DNA from: Sphingomonas sp.
GTDB taxonomy: Bacteria; Pseudomonadota; Alphaproteobacteria; Sphingomonadales; Sphingomonadaceae
Reading direction: 5' to 3'
Length of the DNA: 64,000 nucleotides
Assembly: GCF_013812825.1 (NCBI RefSeq)
Contig: NZ_JACCSU010000068.1
Span: forward strand, 77,845-141,844
Shown: positions 42,263 through 52,323 of the stretch, in pieces
Layout of the letters: every line of letters begins with the position of its first letter
How positions within the stretch are numbered: the first letter of the stretch is position 1
Made by a program: the position numbers and the translations under genes
The notes under the pieces: generated by a model
What the model saw: only the letters and a program-made list of their open reading frames with translations
Databases searched by the model: none
What the model was told of the DNA's origin: nothing

Positions 42263-43464
42263 GGCTTCTGAAGCGCCGCCACTCCCGGCAATGTGCGCCC
42301 TTCCATCCATTCGAGAAACGCTCCGCCGGCGGTTGAGACGAACGTGAAATCGCCGATGACGCCGGCGTGATTGAGTGCCGCCACCGTGTCGCCGCCGCCG
42401 GCGACGGAAACCAGGCTGCCTTCCTTGGTCAAGGCAGCCGCGGTCCGGGCGAGCGCGACGGTCGCCGCGTCGAACGGCGGTGTCTCGAATGCGCCCAGCG
42501 GGCCGTTCCACACCAGGGTTCGGCAGGTCTTGAGGACGTCGCCGAACGCCTCGACCGCCGTCGGCCCGACGTCGAGGATCATTTCGTCGGCGGCGATTTC
42601 GTGGACGTTGGCGGTGCGCACGCCAGGCGGGTTGGCGGCGAATTCCTTGGCAACCACGACGTCGTAGGGCAGATGGATGGTGCAGCGGGCCGCTTCCGCC
42701 TCGGCGAAGATGGCGCTCGCCTCCCCGGTCAGCTCGTGCTCGCACAGCGACTTGCCGACCTCGACTCCGCGTGCGGCGAGGAAGGTATTGGCCATGCCGC
42801 CGCCAATGATCAGATGGCCGACCTTGCCGACCAGATGGCCGAGCGCCGCGAGCTTGGTCGACACCTTGGCTCCGCCGACCAGTGCCGCGACCGGCCGCTC
42901 GGGACTGCCGAGCGCTTTTACGAGCGCTTCTAGCTCGGCCTGCATCGCCCGGCCTGCGAAGCTGGGAAGCAGATGCGCGATCCCCTCGGTCGAGGCGTGG
43001 GCGCGGTGCGCGGACGAGAACGCGTCGTTGACGTAGAAGTCGCCGAGCGCCGCCATTGCCTTGGCGAGCGCGGGGTCGTTGGTTTCCTCGCCGGCGTGAA
43101 AGCGGGTGTTCTCGAGGATGCCGATGTTTCCGGGCAGCATGGTCATCACGCCGCGCTGCGCCTCGGGTCCCTGGCAATCCTCGACGAAGCGCACCGAACG
43201 GCCGCTCAGCAGGGTCAGTGGCCGCACCAGCTGAGCCGTCGACATGTCCGGCCGGTTGTGCCCTTTTGGGCGCCCGAAATGCGACAGCAGCAGCACGATC
43301 GCGCCGCGGTCGGCAAGCTCGAGCACGGTTGGAAGCATCGCCCGCAGACGAGTGTCGTCGGACACCGACGCGCCCTCCATCGGCACATTGAGGTCGACCC
43401 GCACCAGCACTCGCTTCCCGGTGAGGTCGTCGGGCAGATCGTCGAGGGTCTTGAACGACTCCAC
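42259..43464 (-). CDS. pgk: Phosphoglycerate kinase
   Basis: [27 protein letters not shown] and [10 protein letters not shown] motifs. Confidence 0.98.
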   Translation of the reverse strand: MESFKTLDDLPDDLTGKRVLVRVDLNVPMEGASVSDDTRLRAMLPTVLELADRGAIVLLLSHFGRPKGHNRPDMSTAQLVRPLTLLSGRSVRFVEDCQGPEAQRGVMTMLPGNIGILENTRFHAGEETNDPALAKAMAALGDFYVNDAFSSAHRAHASTEGIAHLLPSFAGRAMQAELEALVKALGSPERPVAALVGGAKVSTKLAALGHLVGKVGHLIIGGGMANTFLAARGVEVGKSLCEHELTGEASAIFAEAEAARCTIHLPYDVVVAKEFAANPPGVRTANVHEIAADEMILDVGPTAVEAFGDVLKTCRTLVWNGPLGAFETPPFDAATVALARTAAALTKEGSLVSVAGGGDTVAALNHAGVIGDFTFVSTAGGAFLEWMEGRTLPGVAALQKP

Positions 43465-43470
43465 GAGGCG

Positions 43471-44475
43471 CTAAAGCTTGGCCATCGCGCCCGCCGTGTC
43501 GACCATGCGGTTCGAGAAGCCCCATTCATTGTCGTACCAGCTGACGACTCGAACGAGCCTGCCTTCGATGACCGCGGTCTCGAGGCTGTCGACGGTCGAG
43601 CTCGCCGGATTGTGGTTGAGGTCGATCGAAACCAGTGGCTCGTCGCTGTAATCGAGGACCTCCTTCAGCGGTCCGCTGTCGGAAGCCGCCTTCAATGCGG
43701 CGTTCACCTCTTCCTTCGAGGTCTCGCGGCCGGGAACGAAGGTCAGGTCGACCAGGCTGACGTTGGGCGTCGGCACCCGCACCGCCGAGCCGTCGAGCTT
43801 GCCCTTGAGCTCGGGGAGCACCTCGCCGACCGCTCGGGCGGCGCCGGTGGTGGTCGGGATGATCGACATGCCCGCGGCGCGCGCGCGGCGCATGTCGGAA
43901 TGGATCTGGTCGAGGATCTTCTGGTCGTTGGTGTAGCTGTGGATGGTGGTCATCAGCCCGCGCTCGATGCCCAGCGTGTCGTTCATCACCTTGGCGACCG
44001 GGGCGAGGCAGTTGGTCGTGCACGACGCGTTGGAGACGATCGTGTGCCCGGCCTCGAGCTTGTCGTGGTTGACCCCGTAGACCACGGTCAGGTCGACGCC
44101 CTTGGCCGGCGCCGAGATCAGCACCCGCTTCGCGCCCGCGTCGAGGTGCTTCTGGCCGCCATCGCGATCGGTGAAGAAGCCGGTGCATTCGAGCGCCAGT
44201 TCGACCCCGTTGTCCCGATGCGGGAGCTTGGCCGGGTCGCGCTCGGCGGTGACCTTGATGCGCGTTCCGTTGACGACGAGATCATTGCCCTCGGCGGCGA
44301 CATCGCCGGGAAAGCGCCCGTGGACGCTGTCGCGCGAGAACAGCCAGGCGTTGGATTGGGCGTCGGCAAGGTCGTTGATCGCGACCAGCTCGAGCCCGCA
44401 ATCCGGCCGCTCGAGGATCGCCCGAGCGACTAGCCGGCCGATGCGCCCGAAGCCGTTGATTGCAACCCTGGTCAT
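43471..44475 (-). CDS. gap: Glyceraldehyde-3-phosphate dehydrogenase type I
   Basis: [19 protein letters not shown] and WYDNEWGF motifs. Confidence 0.98.
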   Translation of the reverse strand: MTRVAINGFGRIGRLVARAILERPDCGLELVAINDLADAQSNAWLFSRDSVHGRFPGDVAAEGNDLVVNGTRIKVTAERDPAKLPHRDNGVELALECTGFFTDRDGGQKHLDAGAKRVLISAPAKGVDLTVVYGVNHDKLEAGHTIVSNASCTTNCLAPVAKVMNDTLGIERGLMTTIHSYTNDQKILDQIHSDMRRARAAGMSIIPTTTGAARAVGEVLPELKGKLDGSAVRVPTPNVSLVDLTFVPGRETSKEEVNAALKAASDSGPLKEVLDYSDEPLVSIDLNHNPASSTVDSLETAVIEGRLVRVVSWYDNEWGFSNRMVDTAGAMAKL

Positions 44476-46460
44476 AGCATGTCCCTTTTTTGAAGAAGCT
44501 CGACGACCCGCGGCGCGATGGCGTCTGGGGTCAGTCCGAAATGTTGGTAGAGGTCGGCGGCCGGCGCCGAGGCACCGAAGCGGTCGATGCCGATGCGAAG
44601 CCCGTGAAGCCCGGTGTAGCGCTCCCAGCCGAAGGTCGCTCCGGCTTCGATCGAGACTCGGAGGATCTCGCGATTGGAGACGTCGGGGAGAATATCCTCG
44701 CGGTAGTCGGGGTCCTGGGCGTCGAAGCGCTCGGTGCACGGCATCGACACCACATCGGCGCCGATTCCCTGGCTTTCGAGCCGCTCGGCGACGTCGAGCG
44801 CGATCTCGACCTCCGAGCCGGTTGCAATCAGGATCGCCTTGCGTGCCGCTGCCGCTTTCCTGAGCCGGTAGGCGCCGCGAGCGCTCAGGTTCTCTTTCGC
44901 CGCCTTGGTGCGCACGGGGCTCAGATTCTGCCGGGTCAGGGCCAGCACCGACGGCCCCTCGCTGGCCAGCGCCGCCGCCCAGCACTCGGCGGTCTCGACC
45001 GCGTCGGCGGGACGGAACAGCTCGAGCTGCGGCATCGCCCGCAGGCTCTGCAGGTGCTCGATCGGCTGGTGGGTGGGCCCGTCCTCGCCGAGCCCGATGG
45101 AATCATGGGTCATCACATAGATGACCCTGGCGTTTTGCAGCGCCGACAGTCGGATCGCCGGGCGGCAATAGTCGGAGAAGATCAGGAAGGTGCCGCCGTA
45201 GGGGATCACCCCTCCATGCAGCGCCATGCCGTTCATCGCCGCGGCCATGCCGAACTCGCGAATCCCGTAATAGATGTAACGCCCCGCATAATTGTCGGCG
45301 GTCAGCGCCTCCTGGGCCTTGGTCTTGGTGTTGTTCGAGCCGGTCAGATCGGCCGAGCCGCCGATCGTCGCGGGGATCTCCGCATTGATCGCCTCGAGAG
45401 CCATTTCCGACGCCTTGCGAGTAGCGATCGTGGGCGGCTTCGCGATCAGCTCCTCGAGATACGGCTTCAACCACTTGTCGTCGGCCTTGCCGGCCAGCCG
45501 CTCGAGGAACTCGTCCTTCGCTTTGCTGGCATCGAGCCGATGGTGCCATTCGGCGCGCTGCACCGCGCCGCGCCGGCCGGCCTCGCGCCACGCCGCCAGC
45601 ACGTCGTCGGGGACCGTGAACTCCTCCGGCTCGAGGCCGAGCTCCTTGCGCGCGGCTTCGACCTCCTGCCTGCCGAGCGCGGCGCCGTGGGTCGCGGCGG
45701 TGCCCTGCTTGTTGGGGGCGCCGTAGCCGATGACCGTCCGGCAGCGGATCAGGCTCGGCCGCTCGTCGGCGATCGCCTCGTCCAGGGCGCGCTCGACCTT
45801 GCCGGCGTCGAGTCCGTCGCACTCGGCCGTGTGCCAGCCGCCCGCGGCGTAGCGCGCCATCACGTCCTCGTTGCGCGACAGGTCGACCGAGCCGTCGATG
45901 GTGATCCGGTTGTCGTCCCACAGCACGATCAGCCGCCCCAGCTTCAAATGTCCGGCAAGCCCGACCGCCTCGTGGTTGACGCCCTCCATCAAATCGCCGT
46001 CGCTGGCGAGGACGAAGGTCCGGTGGTCGACCAGCTCGTCGCCGTAGATGGCGTTCAAGTGGCGCTCGGCGATCGCCATTCCGACGGCCATTGCCAGGCC
46101 CTGGCCCAGTGGCCCGGTGGTCGCCTCGACCCCGGCCAGCTCAAAATTCTCGGGGTGGCCCGCGCACGGGCTGTGGAGCTGGCGAAAGCGCTTGATGTCG
46201 TCGAGCGTCGGCCGCGCATAGCCGGTCAAATAGAGCAACGCGTAGATCAGCATCGAGCCGTGGCCGGCCGACAGGACAAAGCGGTCGCGGTCGGGCCAGT
46301 GCGGATCGGCGGGGTCGTACTTCAGATGCCGGGTGAACAGCGCGGTGGCGGCGTCGGCCATGCCCATCGGCATTCCCGGATGGCCGCTGTTGGCGGTTTC
46401 GACCGCGTCCATCGCCAAGGCGCGAATGGCATTGGCAAGTCGGCGTTGGGTCGGCTGCAA
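44472..46460 (-). CDS. tkt: Transketolase
   Basis: [15 protein letters not shown] and [14 protein letters not shown] motifs; probable TTG start at 46460 behind AGGAG. Confidence 0.98.
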   Translation of the reverse strand: MQPTQRRLANAIRALAMDAVETANSGHPGMPMGMADAATALFTRHLKYDPADPHWPDRDRFVLSAGHGSMLIYALLYLTGYARPTLDDIKRFRQLHSPCAGHPENFELAGVEATTGPLGQGLAMAVGMAIAERHLNAIYGDELVDHRTFVLASDGDLMEGVNHEAVGLAGHLKLGRLIVLWDDNRITIDGSVDLSRNEDVMARYAAGGWHTAECDGLDAGKVERALDEAIADERPSLIRCRTVIGYGAPNKQGTAATHGAALGRQEVEAARKELGLEPEEFTVPDDVLAAWREAGRRGAVQRAEWHHRLDASKAKDEFLERLAGKADDKWLKPYLEELIAKPPTIATRKASEMALEAINAEIPATIGGSADLTGSNNTKTKAQEALTADNYAGRYIYYGIREFGMAAAMNGMALHGGVIPYGGTFLIFSDYCRPAIRLSALQNARVIYVMTHDSIGLGEDGPTHQPIEHLQSLRAMPQLELFRPADAVETAECWAAALASEGPSVLALTRQNLSPVRTKAAKENLSARGAYRLRKAAAARKAILIATGSEVEIALDVAERLESQGIGADVVSMPCTERFDAQDPDYREDILPDVSNREILRVSIEAGATFGWERYTGLHGLRIGIDRFGASAPAADLYQHFGLTPDAIAPRVVELLQKRDML

Positions 46461-46601
46461 TCCAGGCTCCTGAACGAACACTCAGCGACGGGATCAGCCG
46501 CGCACCGGATTGGGCAGGCCGATGGGTTCGACCCTTTGGGCGGTGAGCCGTTGGGCGTCAATGCTTGCCCGGACCGCGCATCTTGCGTAGCGGGAAAGGT
46601 C

Positions 46602-46790
46602 ATGGACGACGCCTCGGATGACACCGGCCTTTCGAATGCTTTGGAGCGCGCCGACCGGGCGTTCGGCCGGATCGAGCGAGCGCTTGCCGCCCGCACCCAC
46701 GAGGCCAAGGGGAGCGAGCAGGACCTGCGCTCGAAGGTGCGCGAAGCCGTCGCCGAGCTCGACCAGCTGATTCGCTCGGCAGGAGGGTGA
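46602..46790 (+). CDS. Small coiled-coil protein upstream of zapA (ZauP/DUF4164-like)
   Basis: MDDASDDTGLSNALERADRAFGRIERALAAR...VREAVAELDQLI; position matches the Caulobacter zauP-zapA arrangement. Confidence 0.75.
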   Translation: MDDASDDTGLSNALERADRAFGRIERALAARTHEAKGSEQDLRSKVREAVAELDQLIRSAGG

Positions 46791-46791
46791 G

Positions 46792-47103
46792 ATGGCCGAA
46801 GTCGACCTGACCATCGCCGGGCGCCCCTACCGGGTTGCCTGTCGGGCGGGCGAGGAGGACAGCTTGCGCGCCGCCGCCGCGCTGGTCGATGCCAAGAGCC
46901 GCGAGGCGCTGGCCGGGCTCGGCACCATGTCGGAGGCTCGCCAATTGCTGTTCGCGTCGCTGCTGCTCGCCGATCAACTGGTCGACCAGCGCGGACCGGA
47001 GAACGCCGGACCCGACCCGCGCCTGGCGCAAAGCGCCAACGCGCTTGCGAGCCGCCTCGAGGCGCTCGCGGATGCTCTTGAGAGCGAGGCCCAGACCGCC
47101 TAG
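46792..47103 (+). CDS. zapA: Cell division protein ZapA
   Basis: IAGRPYRVAC..GEE..L..AA..VD motif; followed by 6S RNA and ygfA. Confidence 0.92.
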   Translation: MAEVDLTIAGRPYRVACRAGEEDSLRAAAALVDAKSREALAGLGTMSEARQLLFASLLLADQLVDQRGPENAGPDPRLAQSANALASRLEALADALESEAQTA

Positions 47104-47111
47104 ATAAGGGC

Positions 47112-47267
47112 TGACGGGAACTGCCCGGTACGAGCCTTCGACTTCCCTGAGGCTATTACCATCCATGGGAGTTGTCCCTGCCCGAACCCTGGTTCGGATC
47201 ACACGGCGCCCACCTGACGTTTGTGGCGTCAGAGGATTTCCGGCAAACGGCCACGGTGGTCCCGTCA
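47112..47267 (+). ncRNA. ssrS: 6S RNA
   Basis: 5' TGACGGGAACTGCC pairs with 3' GGTGGTCCCGTCA as a closing stem; about 156 nt; canonical zapA-ssrS-ygfA position. Confidence 0.88.
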
Positions 47268-47846
47268 CCTCCCTTCCCCGCGCTGACCAAGGCGACCCTG
47301 CGTCGAGCGGCGCTCGACGCGCGCAAGGCCTATGTCGCGACCTTGAGCGATGCCGACCGCACATTGCTCGAGCGGCGGCTCGCCGAGCAGCTGACCGGGA
47401 TTTGCGCGAACGCCACCGTGGTCGCCGGCTATTCACCGCTCGGCAGCGAGATCAGCCCGCTGCTGGCGATGGAGGAAGCCCGGTCGGTTGGAGCGATCGT
47501 CGCGTTCCCCGCGTTCGCCGATCCCGCCAAGCCGTTCCAGTTCCTCGCCGGCGACCCGTCGGTCGGCGGCCCGTTCGGAATCCTCCAGCCGCGGCTGACC
47601 GCGCCGCGGGTCGAGCCGGACGTCATTCTCGTGCCCCTGATCGCGGTCGACGGCCGCGGCACTCGGCTGGGCCGCGGCAAGGCCCATTACGACCGGGTGC
47701 TCGCTCCTTATCGGCGCAAGGGCGCGCAGCTGATCGGAGTCGGCTGGTCGGTGCAGCGGATCGACGAGGAGATCCCGCGCGATCCCTGGGACGTGCCGCT
47801 CGACAGCTTCGCGTCGCCCGAGGGGCTCGAGCGGCTCGCCCCGTGA
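47256..47846 (+). CDS. ygfA: 5-formyltetrahydrofolate cyclo-ligase
   Basis: PDVILVPLIAVD...RLGRGKAHYDR and PRDPWDVPLD motifs. Start uncertain (GTG 47256). Confidence 0.92.
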   Translation: MVPSPPFPALTKATLRRAALDARKAYVATLSDADRTLLERRLAEQLTGICANATVVAGYSPLGSEISPLLAMEEARSVGAIVAFPAFADPAKPFQFLAGDPSVGGPFGILQPRLTAPRVEPDVILVPLIAVDGRGTRLGRGKAHYDRVLAPYRRKGAQLIGVGWSVQRIDEEIPRDPWDVPLDSFASPEGLERLAP

Positions 47847-48070
47847 CGCCCTCCGGACGCAAGGGCGCGGGCATCGCGGTCATCGTGCTGCTGATCCTCA
47901 TTTGGGCAGCACTCGTCGCAAGTCTCGCACCGGTGATTGGCAAATGGCCGATTCTCGTTCAGGGCGCGTTCTACCTCGTCATGGGAATAGTCTGGATTAG
48001 TCCGTTGAAACCGTTGCTCCGATGGACGCAAAGCGGCCGCTGGAGCGGGACTTCATCATCGGGCGATTGA
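47843..48070 (+). CDS. DUF2842-like small membrane protein
   Basis: MTPSGRKGAGIAVIVLLI...FYLVMGIVWISPLKPLLRW; GTGA overlap with ygfA. Confidence 0.8.
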   Translation: MTPSGRKGAGIAVIVLLILIWAALVASLAPVIGKWPILVQGAFYLVMGIVWISPLKPLLRWTQSGRWSGTSSSGD

Positions 48071-48095
48071 ACCAAGTGTATCATTCGAATATAGC
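48067..48095 (+). promoter_or_regulatory. Sigma70-like promoter TTGAAC-N17-TATAGC
   Basis: Correct 17-bp spacing inside an AT-rich patch 12 bp upstream of the cell wall hydrolase ATG. Confidence 0.5.
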
Positions 48096-48107
48096 ACCAA
48101 CGCTCTT

Positions 48108-49196
48108 ATGACCCAGACCGTGATTCTCTCCGCCACCAAACTATGGCGCGCCTACCCTCGCGAGGCCGCGGTCGTCGGCACGCTGGGGCTGGCGGCGATG
48201 TTTGCGTTGGCCGGCGCGGCCTATTCGACCCCGAGCCTGACCGGCTTGGGCATCGACTCGGCAACGCTCCGCGAGCCGCCGCCGGCGCCGCCGCCCTTGC
48301 TGGTGCGCAAGCTTGCGCCGGCCGACGCGGTGACCATCAACCAGACGATCCCGCTCGCCGACTCGCCCAACCCGGCGGCCCGGCCGTTTGCTCTGCGCGG
48401 CGCCGACGAAGCCACCCGGGCGCGGGCGCTCGAGTGCCTGACCAGCGCCATCTATTACGAGGCCGGCAACGAAAGCCCCGACGGCCAACGGGCGGTTGCC
48501 CAGGTGGTCCTCAACCGGCTCCGCCACCCCGCCTTCCCGGCGAGCGTGTGCGAAGTCGTCTACCAGGGCTCGACCCGGGAGACCGGCTGCCAGTTCACGT
48601 TTACGTGCGACGGCTCGCTGGCGCGACGGCCAAGCGCCGACGCCTGGTCGCGGGCACGCAAGATCGCCGAGGCGGCGCTGGCCGGAGTGGTGTTCGCGCC
48701 GGCCGGTTGGGCGACCCATTATCACGCCAATTATGTGGTGCCGTACTGGGCCTCGAGCCTGGCCAAGAATGCGATCGTCGGAGCGCACATCTTCTACCGT
48801 TGGGCCGGCGGCTGGGGCCGCCCGGCCGCGTTCGGCAAGCGTTACGCCGGCCGGGAACCGAACACCGAGGCGCTGAAGAGCGCCGCGGTCGCCGCCGAAG
48901 CGGCTTATGCCGCTCAGCAGGCCGCCGCGACCACCACCGCCGAGCTTGCCGCGACGATCCCCGGCGCCGAGGTGAAGAAGCCCGAGGAAGGCCGCCTCGC
49001 GATCCGCTTCAACCTCGCCGCCCGAAAGGCGGTCGAGGAAGCCCCGCGTCACGATTATGTCGAGAAGTTCCAGGCCTCGGACAATCTGCGCTGGTCGCTG
49101 AGCGGCGCCGCCGTCGAGGCCGAGGAGAAGCCGCTCGGCAAGGCCCCGCCGACGATCGGCGCGGCTGGCGGCGGCGGTGGCGCGTCCCAGCTTTAG
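48108..49196 (+). CDS. Cell wall hydrolase (SleB/Hydrolase_2 family)
   Basis: CLTSAIYYEA, AVAQVVLNR, CQFTFTCDG and ATHYHANYVVPYW motifs. Confidence 0.92.
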   Translation: MTQTVILSATKLWRAYPREAAVVGTLGLAAMFALAGAAYSTPSLTGLGIDSATLREPPPAPPPLLVRKLAPADAVTINQTIPLADSPNPAARPFALRGADEATRARALECLTSAIYYEAGNESPDGQRAVAQVVLNRLRHPAFPASVCEVVYQGSTRETGCQFTFTCDGSLARRPSADAWSRARKIAEAALAGVVFAPAGWATHYHANYVVPYWASSLAKNAIVGAHIFYRWAGGWGRPAAFGKRYAGREPNTEALKSAAVAAEAAYAAQQAAATTTAELAATIPGAEVKKPEEGRLAIRFNLAARKAVEEAPRHDYVEKFQASDNLRWSLSGAAVEAEEKPLGKAPPTIGAAGGGGGASQL

Positions 49197-49241
49197 GGCG
49201 CCGTCACGGCACCCGATCGGCAGCTATCTCAAAGCGAAGAA

Positions 49242-49318
<77 letters not shown>

Positions 49319-49338
49319 GCGGTTTGCGTCGCGGGCAA

Positions 49339-50589
49339 CTAGGTGACCCCCCCAACCCTGTCAACCGAACCGCCGCTGTCGGCCTGGCTGCCGATCTGGC
49401 CGGGCTCCTCATCCTCGTCTTTCTCCTCGGCTTCGCCGACGTGAGTCAAAGTGCCTTCCTCGAACAGGAATCCGGCGATGTCGGGGGTGCCGGCGGCGGC
49501 GAATACCGTCTTCATGATGATCAGCAACGGCACTGCCAGGAGAGCTCCGGTGGTCCCCCACACCCACGCCCAGAAGCTCAGCGCGATCAGGATCGCGAGC
49601 GGATTGATGGTCAGCTTCTTGCCGACCACCATCGGCGTGATGATGTTCGCCTCGACCATGTGGAGCGCAACGAAGATCGCCGGCGGGAGCATTGCCGACC
49701 AGACGTCGGGAAAGGTCATCAGCCCGCCGATGAACAGCAGCCCGGCCGAGGCGATCGGCCCCAGATAGGGGATGTAGTTGAGGACCGCGACGATGCCGCC
49801 CCACATGATCGGCGAGTCCATCCCGAGCTGCCACAGGATGAGAGCGGTCAAGGCGCCGAGCGTCACGTTGATGACGGTGATCGTGCCGATGTAGGTCGAG
49901 GTCGCGTCGACCACCTGCTGGATCACCCGGGCGGTGGTCAGCGCGCCTTCGAAGCTGCCGCGGCTGACGATCGTCTTCTTGCGCATCGCCGTCCAGCCGG
50001 CGAGGAAGAAGAAGATCACCAGCAGCGCGAAGAACAGCTGGATGAGCACGTGCGGCGCCGAGGTGGTGAGCAGCCCGGACAGCGAATTGGGCGTTTCGAT
50101 CCGCACCGTCCGCGACGCGTCGGGAGCAATGACGATCTGCGACAGGATCCGCTCCACGAAGCGATCGAACGCCTTGTAGAGGTCGAGCAGCGGTTCGAGC
50201 GCGGCGCGCACCTTGGGCAACCGCTCCGGCAACAGCGCCACCCAGTCGACCGCCGGCAGCACGATCGACCCGATCGCAAAGATCGCCATCACCAGGAAGA
50301 TGAGCACGCACAATGCCGCGGCGATCCGCGACGGCACGCCGCGTCGCTCGAACCACTCGAGCATCGGCACCAGCGCGATCGCGATCACCAGTGCGGCCGT
50401 GACGGGCAGGAAGAATTCGGCGCCGGCCCGAAGCGCGAACGGCAGGGCGATCAGCAGGCCGGCGCCGCCGATCAGGGTCAGCGAGGCGAGCAGCCGGTCG
50501 CGCTTGATGCTGATGCCCTCGGCCTGCGCGCGCGCCTCGTCGCCGTGCTCCGGGGCATTTTTGTGCTTGCTGGTCCGCGCGTCCATCAC
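49339..50589 (-). CDS. AI-2E family transporter
   Basis: Multi-TM protein with LNYIPYLGP, EANIITPMVVG and WGTTGALLAVPL motifs. Confidence 0.92.
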   Translation of the reverse strand: MMDARTSKHKNAPEHGDEARAQAEGISIKRDRLLASLTLIGGAGLLIALPFALRAGAEFFLPVTAALVIAIALVPMLEWFERRGVPSRIAAALCVLIFLVMAIFAIGSIVLPAVDWVALLPERLPKVRAALEPLLDLYKAFDRFVERILSQIVIAPDASRTVRIETPNSLSGLLTTSAPHVLIQLFFALLVIFFFLAGWTAMRKKTIVSRGSFEGALTTARVIQQVVDATSTYIGTITVINVTLGALTALILWQLGMDSPIMWGGIVAVLNYIPYLGPIASAGLLFIGGLMTFPDVWSAMLPPAIFVALHMVEANIITPMVVGKKLTINPLAILIALSFWAWVWGTTGALLAVPLLIIMKTVFAAAGTPDIAGFLFEEGTLTHVGEAEEKDEDEEPGQIGSQADSGGSVDRVGGVT

Positions 50590-50649
50590 GGCGCACCATA
50601 TCGGCGACGCGGCCGCTCGGCTAGCGGTTCGAGGTCAGCTTGCGAGTGC

Positions 50650-50736
50650 TGGTGCCCCTGGTCCGACTCGAACGGACACTCCGGTTAAAGGAACTCGATT
50701 TTGAGTCGAGCGCGTCTACCATTCCGCCACAGGGGC
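50650..50736 (-). tRNA. tRNA-Leu(CAA)
   Basis: GCCCCTGTGGCGGAATGGTAGACGCGCTCGACTCAAAATCGAGTTCC...GTTCGAGTCGGACCAGGGGCACCA, 87 nt with a long variable arm. Confidence 0.97.
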
Positions 50737-50797
50737 CCACGAAGGGTTGGCCGCGCCTAGCTAGCGACGACAGCTGCGCGCGGCAATGCCGCGGGGC

Positions 50798-51568
50798 TCA
50801 CGCCAGCGCCGGTTCGTCTTCGCGAAGGTGCAGGTAATTGCTGTCGAAATCGCCGGCGTCGGCGAGCTTCTTCCAGTCGCCGATGGTGATCGAGCGCGGG
50901 CTCACGCGTTCGATCAGCCCGTCGGCCTCGAGCGACTTCAAGGTCCGGTTGACGTGGACCGAGGTCAGGCCGGTCACGTCGCCAAGCTGCTCCTGGGTCA
51001 TCGGCAATTGATAGCCGGTCTGCTCGCCGAGCCCGGCGAGCTTCAGCCGAAGCGCGAATTCGCACAGCACGTGGGCGATGCGGCTCCGGGCGTCCCGCCG
51101 CCCGACGTTGGCGATCCATTCGCGGAAGATCGACGCATCGACCAGGGTGTCGATCCACATCGCCTTGCCGACCGCCGGGCGCTCGAACGCCAGCCGGGTC
51201 ACTTCCTCCCGCGGGATCATCGCGATCTGGCCGGGGGTGAGCATCTGGACGCTGTGGTCGGCGGTTCCAAGCAGCGAGTTCTGCAGGTCGACCATCTCGC
51301 CCCTCATGTGGATCGCGCAGATCTGCCGATAGCCGCCGCCGACGATCTTGTGGCGCATCGCAAAGCCGGACAGCAGCACGCAGGAATAGGCCGCGCGGTC
51401 GCGCTCGCGGACGATGTATTGGTGCTGCTCGAGCGACTTCACCGTGTGCGGGAGCGCGAGCAAAGCGGCGCGGTCGGCAGCGTCGAGATCGTGCCAATAA
51501 GCGAGCTTGCGAACCATAGGCTCGAGCGGCGACTGGTCGGAGGATGACTGCTTTTCGGGCCGGTTCAA
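50798..51568 (-). CDS. Crp/Fnr family transcriptional regulator
   Basis: Effector beta-barrel plus HTH (LPMTQEQLGDVTGLTSVHVNRTL); no N-terminal FNR Cys cluster; probable TTG start at 51568 behind GGGAG. Confidence 0.92.
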   Translation of the reverse strand: MNRPEKQSSSDQSPLEPMVRKLAYWHDLDAADRAALLALPHTVKSLEQHQYIVRERDRAAYSCVLLSGFAMRHKIVGGGYRQICAIHMRGEMVDLQNSLLGTADHSVQMLTPGQIAMIPREEVTRLAFERPAVGKAMWIDTLVDASIFREWIANVGRRDARSRIAHVLCEFALRLKLAGLGEQTGYQLPMTQEQLGDVTGLTSVHVNRTLKSLEADGLIERVSPRSITIGDWKKLADAGDFDSNYLHLREDEPALA

Positions 51569-51823
51569 AACGTATCTCCCGCTAGGCAGGGGCGGGAGCA
51601 CGGACTGAATCTCTCGGTTGCCAGCGCCTTCTTATCTCGGGTGGCAATAAATGACTTTAACACCATGCTCCCCCAACATATGCTGTTTTTCCGAGCCAAA
51701 ACCCAAAATAACATAGATTTAGACATGCGTTCCTGATAAATGATGCACATCGCCGAGCAGCGCCTTAGGCCTCGGCGGCTGAGAGACTCCCCGCGCTCCC
51801 GCCTATCTGCAAGGAGCGATACG

Positions 51824-52072
51824 GTGGCTCGATATTTCCTGCATTTGCGCGACGGAACCGAGCAGATCCTGGATCCGGAAGGATTCGAGTTCGCGACCAT
51901 CGAGGCGGTCCGAAAAGCGGTGCTCGTTTCGGCCCGCGACCTGATGACCGGCGACATTCGCGAAGGGGTCATTGACCTGCGCTTCCGCATCGACGTCGAG
52001 ACCGAAGCCGGCGACATCGTCTATACCCTGCCCTTCAAGCACGCGGTCAACATCATTCCCGACCCGGCCTAA
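51824..52072 (+). CDS. DUF6894-like small protein
   Basis: MARYFLHLRDG...DPEGFEF...AV...ARDLM...GDIVYTLPF; AAGGAG RBS before the GTG. Confidence 0.8.
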   Translation: MARYFLHLRDGTEQILDPEGFEFATIEAVRKAVLVSARDLMTGDIREGVIDLRFRIDVETEAGDIVYTLPFKHAVNIIPDPA

Positions 52073-52077
52073 GGCCC

Positions 52078-52323
52078 TTGGCCGACCGCATCGATCGGCG
52101 GAAATCGATCGCGAACAAAAGTCGTCCACCGCTGGCAAACGCGAATCCGTGCGAGGCGCTGGGCAAAGCGCTCCATCGCGCGTTTGCGACCGACCATTCG
52201 GCCTCCTTCGACGAGGCGCTCAAGGCGATCGACGAGGCAGACAGCGAGGTCTGTGGCAATCGCGATCCAGCCGACTCAACCGTCAAAATCGCTAATTGCG
52301 CGGCGCCTGACGGCGGTAGCTGA
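52078..52323 (+). CDS. Possible small NepR-like protein
   Basis: LGKALHRAFATDHSASFDEALKAIDEAD resembles the NepR helical motif; weak TTG start; 3' end overlaps comM. Confidence 0.35.
   Translation: MADRIDRRKSIANKSRPPLANANPCEALGKALHRAFATDHSASFDEALKAIDEADSEVCGNRDPADSTVKIANCAAPDGGS

Noticed and set aside
51600-51823. FNR/FixK box in the Crp/Fnr divergent spacer
   Set aside because: No TTGAT-N4-ATCAA match found by eye.
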